Source of the DNA: Ruditapes philippinarum
Lineage: Eukaryota
Assembly (NCBI RefSeq): GCF_026571515.1
Contig: NW_026862604.1
Span: forward strand, 1-64,000
DNA length: 64,000 bases
Direction of reading: 5' to 3'
Shown: positions 49,751 to 62,077 of the stretch, in pieces
How the letters are laid out: the number at the start of each line of letters is the position of its first letter
Position numbering within the stretch: position 1 is the first letter of the stretch
The notes under the pieces: generated by a model
What the model was told of the DNA's origin: nothing
Databases searched by the model: none
The model's input: only the letters and a program-made list of their open reading frames with translations
Program-made: the position numbers and the translations under genes

Positions 49751-51653
49751 CAACATGACTGATTTTTAAACTAGCAGATTTTATTACATTGAGACTATAT
49801 TATTAAAGACTACTCACTCTGATAATATGAAAAGATATTCAAAGGTAGAACAGACAATATGTAAAGCCAGTACGGATTAGGATTTATGCGCCGCAATAAA
49901 TTGTTCATTTGTAATTTTGCCGTTTCGTCCGAAGTTTGCACTTTCATTTTTGTTTTCAACTACAAGAATAGTAAACATAAACAGTTAAATGGGCAGGATG
50001 CTAAAAATTATATTTCTAGTTCATTTTCTCTTTTATAGCAGTAGCTTTAATAATTACATATTCAATATTCGAGGAATTTTACAAATGCATTTTACATGTA
50101 GCAAAAAGATCGAAACAAATGTCCATTTTTTTGTCACCATCTTCCGAGGGATGTCGTTTTCTCAGAATTCTTTTTGTTACAAGACAGAAACAAAGAAAAG
50201 ATCAGAGAAACTTTATTTATTGAGATGTAGTTCATGTGTTTGTCTTTTAACACTTTTATGTGTATAAGGATTGGTATATACAGTAGTTATTTATTAAAAA
50301 AAAATCATTTTTTGGTTAATCGATAACATAACATATGAACATAACAAATCTTTGAACAAGACCATCCAGCAGAGAGACTGAAATGGCCTAAATAGACAAG
50401 TGATTTTTTTATTTGGACGAAACTCTGTTCAATTTATGCAATGACGGTTTGTCGCAGATTTGTCATTATTCACTGCGTGATCTTTATTTGGAGGTGGTCA
50501 TTTACACCGGTTTGTCTGTATACAGTAGTTATAAATTTTACCTCTATACAGTTAATCAATCAAATAGTTTTTCTCATGCACTAAATTTTTGATGATATAA
50601 ATAAGCTGTAAATATATTTGGAACTGAACCGTCTAGGTCAAAACAATGTTCAGACATTACTTTAAATCAACTGGTTATCACATTATATTAAACAAAATCA
50701 ACTTTCTATTTCTTGGCAAGATAAGACCAACACTGATGTCTTTTGTAAAACTGCTACTACTACATATGCACATACCCGCCAGGTATGATTAACTAAAATC
50801 TAACTTCACAAATCTAGAAACGTCAAATGTTGTATATAGCGATTTGATATTAACAATTGTCTTCATAAGGAACTAGCATACTACTTCTACAACTCTTTTG
50901 TTTTCAATTACAGGCGCTGCCAGCTCGATAACATGTAGCCATTCTAGATCCAGAGAGTTATTTATAGAATCTATAAATTCCAAATGTAAATTTTACGCTC
51001 ATACTTGCCCCAGCGGCGACTCGTTTGAAGCAGGGGATTGGCCGGCGGCTGTCCTGTCATGGGATACGATGCCGACCAACAGAGTAGTCTAAGGGGGTCT
51101 TTCTATCTCAGCACTTCAGGTCAAGCACCGTATTGTGGTAAGTCAAATGAAACTAAAAACAAAATAACAAAAACCTAGTACAATTGTTAAAGGTTTATTT
51201 CTGTATTATAGTCAAATATCTATGATATAACATTAAATAAGTTGCTCACATATTAATTCCGGCAAAAATCCACATACTTTCTATCTTCAAGCGTATACCG
51301 ACTGTCTTTGGTCAAACTTCTGCAATTTAGATTACTTGAAAACTTAAAAAACTCTTTGATTTTTGTTTTATTTCAAACAAGCGTATGCATTATGATTATT
51401 CTAAAAGTCTACATGTAATTTTTATCTAGAAGAAAATTAATAGGAGAAATAATTGGTAGATTATTTTGATCATGAATGTTTTGAATGACTATAGGTCATG
51501 AGTATTTTATTGATATCAAGATGGCGGACAGGATGTTTCACACGTATGGAGAGTTTATTATAACTCTGATAGGAACTAACGGAAAGTCTGAGCCACTAAA
51601 GTTTGAAAGGTAAGTCAAACCTTCTAAAACGTTTTTTAATAGATCTGTATTAA

Positions 51654-52770
51654 CCCAGCCAGCATCACTATATCGGGCCGATATAGGATTAATGTCGGCA
51701 TGTCGGCAAAATATGCCGACTATTGGCCGACGTCGGGCCGCTGCAGTGCCGACATATTGAGTATTTTGAAAAATTCTAATTGCAATGCCATTGTTTACTT
51801 AATAATGTGAATAAATTGTCCTTTGTATGATTTCAATTACTAGAACAATATTAACCACATTTCGTGTAAGATCAAAAAAGATACATCGGGTCTGCGTCGG
51901 GCCTACATGACCTATCAATGCAAGTATTTTGTATATCGGATTGACATCGGTACGATATTGCGTTTTCTGTTGAATTGAAAATCATGCAGCAAATAATTGT
52001 AAATTTTGATATGAATTTCTAAAATAATCATAGTTGAGTTTGGAAATGATATGTGGTTTGTTATTAAATTCAATATTTACGTTTTGACTACATAAAATCA
52101 CTCTTTTATTATATCTTAAATGAAAAGCTTGAAAATATTCACTGCAGTCCTACAATTAACAGATTAAGCGCCAAAAAGAAAAGCTAACAAAGGAAGGTGA
52201 TGAAAAGCATGTTTTTTTATTAATGTAATGATGATTCAACAAATCTGTAAACGCTGTTAATAATTTGATTTTTACACTTAAAACTATTGGAAAAACACAA
52301 TTTATCTGTTTGCCTCTTTTTTAGATGTAAAATTATGTTTGAAAATATTTGTCACATAATTTCGCTGCATGCATTATCATGGTAGTGATTGTCATTTGCA
52401 CATTTAAGTTAAAATATGTGTCTTTATTGTCTAATTTTGTAGAATAATTATCTTTTATTTTGTGTTTTTGCAGGTTGTGCCAAATGCTTGCTGCTAGATG
52501 TCATCGACATGCTAGCATAAGGATGATACCTGGTCGATATAGGACCGATATCTTTCTACTGTTGGCTGACATCGCACCGCCATTGTTTTGATGTAGGCCC
52601 GATGTCGGCAAGAAATATCGGGCCTATATCGTTAAGATGTCGGCCCGATATTGTTCTGCCGATGTCGGGCCAACATCATTCCTATTTGCAGCCGAGGTTA
52701 AAGCCGACATCGGGCCGTCATAGAAAACCATGTCGGTTTGATGTCGGGCCGATATAGAATGTTGGCTGGG
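51654..52770. mobile_element. Non-autonomous EnSpm/CACTA-superfamily-like DNA transposon (1117 bp) in intron 6 of lipase copy 3
   Basis: Termini cccagccagcat / atgttggctggg; 2-bp TSD aa proven by the empty site gtatt-aa-gagctt at ~27471-27483; subterminal tcgggccga repeats. Confidence 0.85.
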
Positions 52771-53204
52771 AAGAGCTTGCATGACATGACAAACTTACAT
52801 TATTCTATGTTAAATAAATGTGTTTATTTAAAAATATAGTTGTCTAAATTAAAAGATATAGATGATCATAAAAAGAGTTGTTGGTATTGGTTATTTTGCT
52901 CCATTAAAGAGTGGTTTAATTTTACTTTGACATAAATATGATTCTGGCAAATATAACACTTTAAAAGGAACAATAAAGTGGTTAATTTCAGCTTAATGCA
53001 CACTTTTGACCACGGGAGAGAAGAGAAACACGTCATATCTACCCATACTGATATTGGGACTGTGACGTCAGTACAACTTCAATTTGTCAAATCACGTGAT
53101 CTTCATGGCCTGCTTGCGGTACCATCTGTCAGAGTACATAGTATAATAGTAGAACCTGCTGAAACTGCTCAGAAGTGAGTAATGATAATTTCATTACTTT
53201 TTTA

Positions 53205-54050
53205 CCAGTAGAGTATTTCTACAATGACAAAACATAAACCGGTACGGTATTTTTACAATGACATAACATGTATGGTATTTCGACAATAATGATACAAACA
53301 CCGGTATGATATTACCAATACATATTCTGATAACGGGTATTTCTACAATGACAATACATATACCGGTACGGTATTTCTACAATGACAATACATATACCGG
53401 TACGGTATTTCTACCATGGCAATACATATTCTGATAACGGTATTTCTACGATGACAATACATATACCAGTACAGTATTTCTATATTGACATATACCAGTG
53501 CGTTATTCTACAATAACATATATACATACACCGGTACAGTATTTCAACAATGACAATATATATACCATTACGATATTTAAACAACTGACGATACATTTAT
53601 CAGAAGGGTACTTATACAATGACAATATATAAAACAGTATGGTGTTTGTAAAATGGCAATACATGTACCATTACGATATTTATACAATTGACGATACATT
53701 TATCCAAAGGGCATTTTTACAACGACATTATATAAAACAGAATGGTGTTTGTAAAATGACCATACATGTACCATTACGATATTTATACAATTGACGATAC
53801 ATTTATCGGAAGGGCATTTTTACAATGACAATATATAAAACAGTATGGTGTTTGTAAAATGACAATATATATACCATTACGGTATTTATACAATGACAAT
53901 ACACATATACATATATAACGGTACAATATTTCAACAATGACGAAACATATACCAGTATGGTGTTTGTATATTGACAATACACATATTCATATACCGGTAT
54001 ATGATTTCTAGAATGGCAATACATATATTGTATTTCTATGCAATGACAAC
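53205..54050. repeat. 34-bp minisatellite with a ~116-bp higher-order triplication, intron 7 of lipase copy 3
   Basis: Basic units, then three copies of tgacgatacatttatc..aggg..atggtgtttgtaaaatg..accattacg. Confidence 0.8.
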
Positions 54051-54636
54051 TAAATGTAAAAGTTACATTTTTTTATATTCCTAGTGATAATAAATGTGTA
54101 TAGTGTTTAAAAATAATATGTCATTATGTTATTTATAAAAATATTAAATATTTTGTGATAGTGCACCATGTCCAATATCGAATAAAACAATTTCTGATTA
54201 CCATTTATTTTATCATCTTTTGACTCTACATATTAAAGTAAAATGCTTCGTTAAAAGTAAAAAGACACATTTCCTTTTCAGAACAACATTCTGTGCTCAC
54301 GAGCATCGTTTTGTTTCCGGACATGCATCAACTGTGACGTCACACACCGGATGTTAAAGTATTCAATTTAGTTGTTGACATATGCAATAGAAATCACATA
54401 CGACTTTCTGTGTGCAATTTTTTGTGTTTGAAAAATCATAGAAAATAAAAAATAAAACTTGTGTAAGTCAGTAATTAAATGTTTACCTGAAATTGTAATA
54501 ATTGGCGCGAAATTTAAGATATAAGTTAGACACATCTCATTGCTGCATGGTGATATAACCTGAGACAAGCGATGTTTACCGAGGAGAACATTTCATCCTA
54601 TTATCATCAGTGGATATGACATTTATTTTATTATAC

Positions 54637-55205
54637 AGCAGGTTAAGGCAACTTCCTTCTTCAATCAGTGGAAACATATTTTCTCCTCTGGGCCTACTGA
54701 TCTTGGTTCTACTGACTTGGTCGAACATGAAATCAATCTGTCTGATCCCACACCACCTTTTAAAGACCCTTATCGCCGAATACCACCAGGGATGTTTGAG
54801 GAGGTACGTGAGCATTTACGAGACATGATTTCGGCAGGAGCGATCCGTGAGTCCAAGAGTCCTTTTTCTTCTAATGTTGTGCTAGTAAGAAAGAAGGACG
54901 GGTCTTTGCGTTTTTGTATCGATTACCGGAAACTGAACAACCGTACAATCAAGGATGCTTATGCCCTTCCTCGCATCGACGAAACTATAGATTCTCTCAT
55001 AGGTTCCACTATTTTCTCTAAACTCGACCTACGCTCAGGTTACTGGCAGGTCCCAGTCAAAGAATCTGATGAGCAAAAGACTGCCTTTAATGTTGGGCCT
55101 CTCGGATTCTATGAGTGCAACAGAATGGCTTTTGGTCTTACCAATGCCCCTGCAACGTTTCAGCGTCTGATGGAGCGTTGTATGGGCGAACTTCACCTTC
55201 GTGAC
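54637..55205 (+). mobile_element. Ty3/Gypsy pol fragment (RT N-terminal half, 569 bp), no LTR and no TSD
   Basis: PYRRIPP..SPFSSNVVLVRKKDGSLRFCIDYRKLN..LPRIDE..FSKLDLRSGYWQV..KTAF..RMAFGLTNAPATFQRLM; stops just before YxDD. Empty sites at ~15520 and ~29375. Confidence 0.93.
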
Positions 55206-57671
55206 ACAAGCTTATACAAATAAATGTTCAAGGTCGTGATCTCAAACATTGCTATATTGTAAATAAATCCTATGAGGCATAAAAGTAAGACCTATCATTT
55301 AGGTAGCAATGAAATCAATTAAGGTAAACGTTTTTTTTATAATAACACATGGTCGCTGACTTCTGAACCTCTTGACCCTCACCTCTGTGGTTTCGAATCT
55401 CGTCAGGTTATTCGAATTAAAAAAAAAAAATCTGAATATTGTTCTGCTTAGGATCCCGTTCGTGCATGAATTGATGCAGGAGGGGCACCTAAGGTCTTCC
55501 TCTGCTAGTTTTGGAAAGTCGCCTTATATGTAGATAATATTGTAAATATGTAAAATGAATATATCTATATTCTCATTCTGTTATTGAAATTTAAAATAAT
55601 TTCAAAGTGATCTTCTAAATAAAATACCAAGTTTGCTTTTAAGCAGCTAAAAGAGGTATTTTAATGTCGTCATTTAAAGCAATCTTACACAAATTTTGAC
55701 ACCTATTTAAAAGTGTAATTATCGTATTTCATGTCATGCATGATTTATATTTTGGAAACCAGAATGAAAATGGTACTCTGTTTCACAAATGTTTTGGTTA
55801 CAAATCTTGCAATTCTTTTAAAATCTAGTATATTATTATAAACCTTTACCCCATAGATGACAGCGACTTGATTTTAACGAGTCAAAATTATATTAAACCT
55901 ACTCCCAGTGAACCAGGAAGTGTTTGATAAAAGAGAGGTCAATATATCTGTCGCTTGTACATAATATTTCATTTGCCTTGATTTTATAGGCAATAAAACT
56001 GCAGGTAAGATTTTATACTGAAATGAATTCATATATCACTAGTCTTTCACGTTTTCTGTAAATCAATATGTAATAGTTATAGTACATGAAACGAGACAGT
56101 TACGAGGATATAACACTAGCTGGGGCCACAGACACTTGGAGTATGGACCCCGCCCTTCACTGCCCCTGAATAATAAAAACTAAAAGGATTGTTTATTACA
56201 AGAATTAGTTTTAAATTTTTGCTTATATTAGTATGAGACGGTTAAGTGTCTAAAAATTGAACAACTTTGAATAGAATTTCATAACGTTTTAAAAAAGTCA
56301 ATTTTTACCAACGCTTCAATTTCCTGAAGATACCAAGCTTCGAAATGTAAACACAACTGACCTACATATATATTTCAAGTATTTATGTTATCGCATGCCA
56401 TTTATTTCTGGTGTAAAGCAGTCGATATAAATATTCTTTTAATAAATAAATGCATGTTATTATCCGATCGTACCTTTTTTCCAAACTTTGCATATCTAAT
56501 TACATTTTCCTAACCGCGTCACATGCTTCTTTACGAATTCATGATGCTGATTCAAGATTAAATGGCTTTTTTTTCAGTGGAAATAATTCATTCAGCAGAT
56601 GTACCTTTTGATTAAATGAGAGTAAATTTCATTTCATAAATTATCTTTGTTTATATTTTTCATTGTATTTATTTATTTATTTATTTTATTTTATTAATTC
56701 CTTTTTATTTGCTTCTAGAAATTTTCGTTACCACTGCCCCATTGGAGCCTCTATGAAAAAAAACATTGATATACAAGGTGCTATTTAGCAGTCGTTTTTT
56801 TTCCTATGTGAATCAATAAAAAACCTGTACTGCTATATATCAATACAGTTTTCAAATGCTCATTGAAGTGTACCGAGTATAATGGTTTAGTAAGAACAAA
56901 GGCAAATTTCCAAACCATGCGATAATAGTAAATATCAGATAAAATCGTACTTTATTGTCCATGTATATGTTGCCTTTATCTTTATACGCAAGTTATTGAT
57001 ATAACATACTAAATCATACCTCTTACTTTTTGCACGTTAAACTCAAATTAGTATAAAATAATCTCCCATTGATCATCAAGATAAGCACCTGTTGACTATA
57101 TTTAGCATAATGACCGTGTCGGGAAATCTCTACGGCGAATTATAACCTTGTGTATGTTACACATAGTAAACCGGTACTGGATTATATTTTTGATGTTGAT
57201 GATCAAGGGGAGGTTACCGGTTTTTGATGATAACTTGACCATTATTGGCAAGATAAATGTGCTGAACGCCTGTGGTTCAACTAAAAGTAATATAAAGCAA
57301 CAAACTGTGTTCAAACTCAAAGTGTGATTATTCAAATATAAAATTAATTACAAACAAACAAACACAAACTTGAATTTCAATAAAAAGACCATAATTATGG
57401 TTCAATTATTCATAAATTATCTAAAATTTAAAGCATATATTGCTATAATGAAATGAATGAAATGAGTTTCTTGGAATATTAGTGATCCAGTCACGAAAAG
57501 AGGTGATTGTCATATAAACATGACTTCATGATTTAGCACGATAGCATTGAAAAAATTCAAACATTGTAATTCTCTTTCCATTTTTCAGAAATAGATAAAG
57601 AAACAGACACAGAAGAAAGTGCGTCATGAAAAAAGTAATTTGACTAAATAAAGGTCAACATAATGTAAGAC

Positions 57672-59483
57672 ATGGAGGTCCCTGGAAGAACACAAGACAG
57701 TCCTCCAAAAGATAGTGCAGGGAGGTCTTTGAGTGGAGAAAGAACAATATTTTGTCAACCATGTAGTAGTGACGGCGATACGATAGGTGCCATAGGATAC
57801 TGTCAAAATTGTAATGAGTATCTATGTGCAGTGTGTCTAAAAGTTCATCGCAAGCAAGCCGTGTCAAGAAATCATATTATTCTGGACGGTGACAATATGC
57901 CTAAAGTTACAATTCCGGCTGTAACCCCAAACGCTTGTTCTGATATATGTACCAAACACGTAAATGAAATTGTAAAATATTTCTGCATGTCACATGATGC
58001 GGTGGGTTGTGGAGATTGTATGATCATTGATCATAAATCCTGTAAAATTGATCGTATACAAGATATATCTACAGAATATTTCAATGGCACTGAACACCAA
58101 AATATACTAAAAAAGGTAAAGCAGTTTGTTAAAGATATGGATGAAATAAAAGGGGAGCTACAAGCCAGCGAAGGGAATACGAGACAAGCATACACACAAG
58201 CAATTAAAGATGTCAAAGCATTCAAGAAAGAAATCATCGATTATCTTAACAAGGCAGAAAGTGAAATGCTGGAAATGATAAATGAAAGAAAAAAGAAGAA
58301 TGAGATGATGATACAGGAACTACAGCAAGCAGAAAGTCGTATTAGAAGAAATATTAAAGAAATACAGACGAAATTACAGCTACAGGTAAACCAAGCGAAT
58401 GAGTTGTTTGTTGAGGCAAAACAAGTAAAAGCAAAACTTAATGATTTTGAAGAAAATCTGAATAGTTTAAAAAAAGACACCAGCATTGATGTATATGAGT
58501 TTCAACGTTCCTCCCACATGGAGCAAATGGTCAAGTCTTGTAGACCACTCGGTGACATAGTTGATCAAACAGAACAAGAGGTCGAACACGTGGTATCAAA
58601 ATACGATCATCTTGTTTCTAGCAAAGAAGTAACAGATCACACTGGTTTAGACAGGAAGAGCATTTCTGAAATGGATGCTTATTTTGATTGTGAGATTAAC
58701 ATTAAAACACAAGATGATTCTTCAGATTGCTTTATTGCAAGCTGTGCATTGATTTGCCCAAGTCAAATTATAATCATTGATGAAAACAATAAATGTTTAA
58801 AATTAGTCGAGGTCAATATCAAAAAAGTTTCAAAGTACAAAGTTAAGAATATTCCCACTGGAGTTGCAGTAGTAAATCCCAATCTAGTTTCTGTGACATT
58901 TCCTGGTGAAAGGAAGATACAATTTTTCACAATAACAACAAGTAATAAGATCATTGAAAGCGATATGATCATTGTCAGTACAGGTTGTAAGAAAATTGCA
59001 ATCTATGAAGATAAGATTATTGGTATAACCAGCACGAGTGTTGAGATAATGAGCATGAGCGGTCAACTAATAAAATCTATATCTAACCCAAATATGGTAT
59101 GGTTAATGGATATTGCTGTCGTACCAAGTTCACAAATGTTTTATGTCAGTAATGGTTCATTGGGGTATAAGGCTGTTTTCAAGTTCGATTTTGATGGCAA
59201 TTTGATAGCAACATACCAGGACAAGGATCTGGTAGATGTGAGAGGATTAGAAGTAACAAGAGACGGTATTGTGCTTGTGTGTAATTGGGCCAGTTCTGGC
59301 AGTATTCGTATGATAACTCCTGACTGTAAAATGATCAAAGAACTCTTGAAGGGTGATAGACATGTTAGTTATCCATATTGTGTTACCTTCTGTAATGAAA
59401 CAAATAAACTTTTTGTTGTTAACAGTCACTATAACCTTGACAAGAAGTTTAGAAACGTGCTGAAAGTCTTTCAATTAAAGTAG
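57672..59483 (+). CDS. RING-less TRIM-like protein 5 (603 aa): B-box1, B-box2, coiled coil, NHL-type beta-propeller
   Basis: Intact single-exon ORF with the same architecture as gene 2; upstream non-coding exon donor at 56004/56005 and acceptor at 57588. Confidence 0.92.
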   Translation: MEVPGRTQDSPPKDSAGRSLSGERTIFCQPCSSDGDTIGAIGYCQNCNEYLCAVCLKVHRKQAVSRNHIILDGDNMPKVTIPAVTPNACSDICTKHVNEIVKYFCMSHDAVGCGDCMIIDHKSCKIDRIQDISTEYFNGTEHQNILKKVKQFVKDMDEIKGELQASEGNTRQAYTQAIKDVKAFKKEIIDYLNKAESEMLEMINERKKKNEMMIQELQQAESRIRRNIKEIQTKLQLQVNQANELFVEAKQVKAKLNDFEENLNSLKKDTSIDVYEFQRSSHMEQMVKSCRPLGDIVDQTEQEVEHVVSKYDHLVSSKEVTDHTGLDRKSISEMDAYFDCEINIKTQDDSSDCFIASCALICPSQIIIIDENNKCLKLVEVNIKKVSKYKVKNIPTGVAVVNPNLVSVTFPGERKIQFFTITTSNKIIESDMIIVSTGCKKIAIYEDKIIGITSTSVEIMSMSGQLIKSISNPNMVWLMDIAVVPSSQMFYVSNGSLGYKAVFKFDFDGNLIATYQDKDLVDVRGLEVTRDGIVLVCNWASSGSIRMITPDCKMIKELLKGDRHVSYPYCVTFCNETNKLFVVNSHYNLDKKFRNVLKVFQLK

Positions 59484-60743
59484 ATTTTATTTCCACATGA
59501 CATGTTGTATTTTTTTTAAAAATGACTCTGAAAATATCGTTAAATTGCAATGTCATAATTTTTATCTGAATCATATTTGCAATTATTTATAAAATTTTCC
59601 GTGAAAGATAAGAGGATATATGTTTACAAAAAAAGCAATGACAAATTTGTCAAAATTAAATGTTTCACACAATTTACCTTAAATATAATGTTTCACAAGG
59701 CACTGACTCGGACCAAATTTGTCACAGAGCTCTTAAAGCTGTGATTACAGCAAAATGTTTCATTAATCGCTGAAAGTTTTGACCAAATCAAATCACTGGT
59801 GAAAGCCTGACAACTATTTTCTTTTAGACAAACTATTTGAGAAGCACTTAATATGGCCAAATCAAATGTTTCTTTCAGCACTGACAGTTTAGTCCAAATT
59901 TGATAGACTGTTGTCTATTTTGTTGTATTACACTGATCATTTGTTTCACAAAGAATTGTTCGTTTCATCTACATCAATCGTTTGAACCACACAATGTGGT
60001 TTTATCTGATATGTGATGCCTTGAGAAGAACATGTTCTCTTTTCTGTTTGCCTGGTTTTGAAGAAAGACTCTTCTTAGTTTTATCACTAGCAGCACTTGC
60101 AACCATTGTTAAGTCATAGATACAAAAAAATGTTTCGTGCCTTAATTATGATATAATAAGACTTATGCATAAGTAAAACACGAATACGAAAATAGAGTAG
60201 GAAGCAACATTGAAATTTATTTTTACTCAAAAGATGAACATGGTTTGCCCCGCATGAGGATTACCACGCCATATTTAAATAATTATACAGTACAAATACT
60301 AATTCATTTTGCAGCACTTTTACATTGCAAATTGCAAGTTTCATAAAATTAATCCAAGAACATTATGAATTATCACTGGATTCAGTTTTTTTTAAACTTA
60401 CGGAGAGCAAACCTATAGTTTCACCGAGGAATTGGTAGGGAACTAGTAAACTCAGATTGACAGCTGATTTTGTGGTAAGCCATGCATGGCCTGATATCAT
60501 TTTATACTCCTTTGACCATACAATACAACATACATATAATTTCAATGTACACAGTCATATATCAGCAATTCTATGGTTTCTTTATTTAATAAAATAATTT
60601 ACAGCTATTTGTACAGGATGTCAACATGATATAATATGATGATTGATTGAATTATATAATTATTTTGGTATTAATCAAATCATGTTGCATGTTTTGAATG
60701 ATATAGAAATGTTACATATTCCTGACTTTAACATGTTTAATAA

Positions 60744-62077
60744 AACAAGAGCCACCGCGGGGCAGGGGCAACCCTTGACATTTTACTTTTCCTGCAGGCA
60801 AACAAATAGATGGTTTAAAGAAACCTTTTAAAAAGAAGTTTATGTTTTCATTTTTTATTTCATTAGATCTGCCTAGTCACACTTCAAGTTGTTGTTTTGT
60901 CCAAGTTGGAATCATTTCCATAAATCAATGACAAAGTTAAGAAAATATAAGCAAAATTCAATCATCTGACCTTGATAGTCAATGTCTTTTAAGAGAAAGG
61001 TCATATCTAAATTATTCATCATTTCCGTTTGGTCAAGGTCACATTAAAATTATTTAATATGCTTGTTTGGTAGCAAGTCTTGTTTTGTTCAAGCATAAAT
61101 CAAATTCGTACCGTACATAAATTAGCAAAATTATGACAATTAACAAATATTCAATAATTTGACCTTGACTGTCATTGTCATTCGAAGCTGAAATTCAAGG
61201 TCAGTTCAACCTTTCAGAAGATCTTGACCAAAAGGTTGTTTTGTCCCCAATATGAAAAAAATCAAATAAAATATGAAACTACAGTCAATAAATTCAATGA
61301 TTTAATCTTAAAGGTAAAGGTCATTGATGAGGCAAAGTCAATTCCAGTTAATATACATAAAGTTCTTATCCCAAGGAATCTTGTTTCCTAATATAAGGAC
61401 AAAACATCTATTAATTAACAAAGTTACAGTCAGTTACAGCAAAAACAGATAAATTTTTAAAATTTAAAAAATAGCCTTCAGAGTCAAGATCATTTATGAG
61501 TGAAGGTGAAGGGTCAAGGTCTGTCTGGTTTACTTAATTGTTTGTCCTAAAAGATTATTGTGTTGGAGTTTGAAGATAATCCATTCAAAAATAACAGTTG
61601 TAGTCACTTAAAGCAAAACCCAAGCACAATTAATAAATTTCATAAAGGTCAAATAGAGAAAATAAGAAACCCTAAAGAAAGCCCAACACGGCAAAATTGA
61701 AAATACTGCAGGCTCGGTTTGATTGAGCCTGTTGACGGTACTGTCAAGTGGAAACTACTTTCCACTCCCTTTAGCACCGGCTTAAGCAGAATTCATACAT
61801 TTAACAAAAACTGGTACAATTTTGAATTTTGAAACATCCGCATATGGTCCACAGGTAATAAATTGCGTTTAAAGTTTAGACTTGTCTACTTGAAGGTCAT
61901 GTCAAAGGGGTTGTATGACGATAATACACCAAGAACTGAAATAGCTTTGATCAAAGCTAAAGTTTAAGTTTTCGGACGGCAACGGGAACACCGCCATGAC
62001 TGTAGCAATACCCCTTCTTTTTTCCTTTTTCGAAAAAGGTATATTTTCCTTCCAAAATATGTCAAGCAGCTAAAAAT
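60744..62077. mobile_element. Tandem-module repeat, Helentron-associated/pearl-like
   Basis: Starts aacaagagcc; repeated tgacctt/aaggtca modules; cggacggc..acaccgcc and hairpin cctttttcgaaaaagg near the end; absent from the paralogous flank of gene 1 (~23900). Confidence 0.5.

Larger units (their letters stand above)
50914..54357 (+). pseudogene. Partial lipase duplicate, copy 3: exons 5-8 (50914-51137, 51495-51609, 52992-53174, 54282-54357); 13-bp deletion frameshifts exon 5
   Basis: Nearly identical to copy 2 exons; tctaggttgtcca is missing at ~51040; homology begins inside intron 4 (~49905). Confidence 0.88.

Noticed and set aside
54637-55205. RT next to variable genes as a diversity-generating retroelement or retron
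   Set aside because: The RT is Gypsy-type, truncated before YxDD, with no template/variable repeat pair; TRIM variation is not adenine-specific.
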